Assembly (NCBI GenBank): GCA_038087875.1
Contig: CM075990.1
Span: 4,900,001-4,964,000 of the forward strand
Direction: 5' to 3'
DNA length: 64,000 nt
Origin: Malacoraja senta
Lineage: Eukaryota
Shown here: positions 61,698-64,000 of the stretch, piece by piece
Layout of the letters: every line of letters starts with the position of its first letter
Position numbering within the stretch: position 1 is the first letter of the stretch
Program-made: the position numbers and the translations under genes
Notes under the pieces: generated by a model
Databases searched by the model: none
What the model saw: only the letters and a program-made list of their open reading frames with translations
Told to the model about the DNA's origin: nothing

Positions 61698-63815
61698 TCG
61701 GGCTCTGGTGAGACCACATCTGGAGTATTGTGTACAGTTTTGGTCTCCTAATTTGAGGAAGGACATCCTTGTGATTGAGGCAGTGCAGCGTAGGTTCACG
61801 AGATTGATCCCTGGGATGGCGGGACTGTCATATGAGGAAAGATTGAAAAGACTAGGCTTGTATTCACTGGAGTTTAGAAGGATGAGGGGGGATCTGATAG
61901 AAACATATAAAATTATAAAAGGACTGGACAAGCTAGATGCAGGAAATATGTTCCTAATGTTGGGCGACTCCAGAACCAGGGGCCACAGTCTTAGAATAAA
62001 GTGGAGGTCATTTAAGACTGAGGTGAGCAAAAACGTTTTCACCCAGAGAGTTGTGAATTTATGGAATTCCCTGCCTCAGAGGGCAGTGGAGGCCAAATCA
62101 CTGGATGGATTTAAGAGAGAGTTAGATAGAGCTCTAGGGGCTAGTGGAATCAAGGGATATGGGGAGAAGGGAGGCGCGGGTTATTGATAGAGGATGATCA
62201 GCCATGATCACAATGAATGGCGGTGCTGGCTCGAAGGGCCGAATGGCCTCCTCCTGCATCTATTTTCTATGTTTCTATGTTTACAAGTTGTGGAAAATAA
62301 TTGATTGGTTTAGGCAAAAAGTGACCATAGGTAGGTCTACAATGACCTGAAGCTGCTCTCAATGACCAACCTTCCATTATGACCTCGGGAATGTGGATAA
62401 TTGCTCACAATTTCACAAAGTTTAATACCGTTTGCAATTCATCAGATAATCTATCGGCTCATGCCTGAATGCAGCAAGACCTAGACAAAATACAGTCATG
62501 GACTGATGTGTTGAGCAATTTTTACGGCACTCATGCCAACGAGAGAGAGAGAGAGAGCCTTGGCCACCTTCCCTCTACGTTCAATGGCATAAACAGACCT
62601 CGGTTCCAACTGTTTGCAAGAATGAGTGCGCCTCTAAAATTCAAAGCTGAGCTCTTCCAAGACAAAGCAGCAAGGGACACCCACCCATGCTCTAAATCTA
62701 GAACAGTACAGCACAAGGACAGGCTCTTTGTCTGACAATGTTCATGACAAACATGATGACAAGACCAATTCTTATCTGCCTGCACATTATCCATGGCCCT
62801 CCATTTTCAGCATATCCATATGCCTATCTAAAGGTTTCTTAAATGCCTCTATTTTATCTATTAAATGCCACTATCATATCATAAACATTGAGTGCCTTTG
62901 CCAGCGGGGCACTTTGCTGCACATTGTACCGTCCACATTACACAGGAGTTACCCAGCTGCCGTGTGGGAACGGTAACACTAGTTGCTTCACTTCCAAATC
63001 ACCCAGACACGGAAATATAGCATTGTTCCTTCATCATTGCTGGGTGAAAACCCTGGATCTCCTCATCCTTTACTAGAGAACTGCAATGGTTCCAGAAAGC
63101 AACTCTCCACCACTTAAGTGATAAAGACAGAGATTGCTGGAAACATGCAGGAGGTCAGGCAGCATCTGTGGGCAGGGAAACATTGACCATTTTAGGACCA
63201 GGAGCCTGTGATGTAGGGAATGGACTTGAATCATTAACATTGCAAGAGCTGACTTCCACTGAAGATTGCATCCCATAAATGAAAAAAACTAAAGACATTA
63301 AACAAGATGGGGTTGAATTCCTCATTAGTTTCAGCATTTAGGGAATAAAATCCAGTGCATCTGATCCAGACAGCTAGGAATTTATTAGATCCCAGATTCA
63401 ATTACATATTGTAAGAAACAAATAAACAAGGATTCTTCCAGACAAACTTGCAGATCAGCGGTCCAGAATAGGCAATCTGGTCTTTTTGTCCTCTTTTACT
63501 AAGGCTTTAATAGATCTAGGGTAGATGGAAGAGGAAAGCTTTTAAAGAAAAATGTACATTTTTAGAAGCACTGCAATATTTTTGGGGGGAGTGGGAAACT
63601 TAGATATTACTTTGGAGATACAACGTGTAAGACAGCAACTCTACCGCTGCGTCACTGTGCCGCCCCTTGCACCACTCTGCACAATGTATCGCAATGGATG
63701 AATCTGTATAAGGTTAATTTTACTGTGCAATAGCTCCACCTGTTGACTGAATGATGTTGCAAAAAAAAGCGCAGGTTGCATTTATATTAGTGTGCCTAAC
63801 TTGCAGTGAAGTGTT

Positions 63816-64000
63816 AAAGAAGGAACTGCAGATGCTGGAAAATCGAAGGTACAATAAAATGCTGGAGAAACTCAGCGGGTGCAGCAGCATCTATGGAGCG
63901 AAGGAAATGGGTAACGTTTCGGGCTGAAGAAGGGTTTCGGCCCGAAACGTTACCTATTTCCTTCGCTCCATAGATGCTGCTGCACCCGCTGAGTTTCTCC
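63816..64000. mobile_element. Short Penelope-derived fold-back element (runs off the window end)
   Basis: Same family; retains CTGAAGAAGGGTTTCGGCCCGAAACGTT at the fold. Confidence 0.78.

Larger units (their letters stand above)
57900..62282 (+). mobile_element. Long CR1-clade LINE (ORF2 APE endonuclease + RT, degenerate), interrupted by Tc1 at 60081-61697
   Basis: APE motifs (GVIYRPPN, MGDFN, LDLVLSN, GSDH), RT motifs (YRPVSLTS, QHGF, GVPQGSVLGP, FADDTK), frameshifts and stops, and a 3' (TTTCTATG)n tail. Confidence 0.95.

Overview
Repeat-rich vertebrate genomic DNA, most likely from a cartilaginous fish such as a skate or ray (inferred from the V-SINE, CR1 and Penelope repeat repertoire). 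Three spliced protein-coding genes can be assembled by hand. (1) The last three exons of a threonine dehydratase/serine-racemase-like (TdcB-like) gene with a C-terminal ACT domain lie on + (3548-14627), and one of its introns needs a GC donor. (2) A complete 4-coding-exon TMEM254 lies on - (39528 to 22798, about 122 aa). (3) The first three coding exons of CUEDC2 lie on + (48869-53383), with a probable non-coding first exon ending at 45310. TMEM254 and CUEDC2 are head-to-head. Between them are a roughly 1.15-kb CpG-rich 33-bp minisatellite built from GC-box/CRE/E-box motifs and a nest of DNA transposon derivatives (Harbinger-type MITEs and a palindromic THAP-coding element). The rest is mostly transposable elements: CR1, L2, L1 and Rex1-like LINEs, V-SINEs, a CORE-type SINE, Penelope-like elements, a probable non-autonomous Helitron, and a near-intact IR/DR Tc1 element inserted in a long CR1. 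The most unusual signal is a family of very short Penelope-derived elements that carry a minimal hammerhead-ribozyme-like core and integrate as fold-back palindromes with 14-15 bp target duplications. All calls come from reading the sequence and recalling protein and repeat families; no database search was run.
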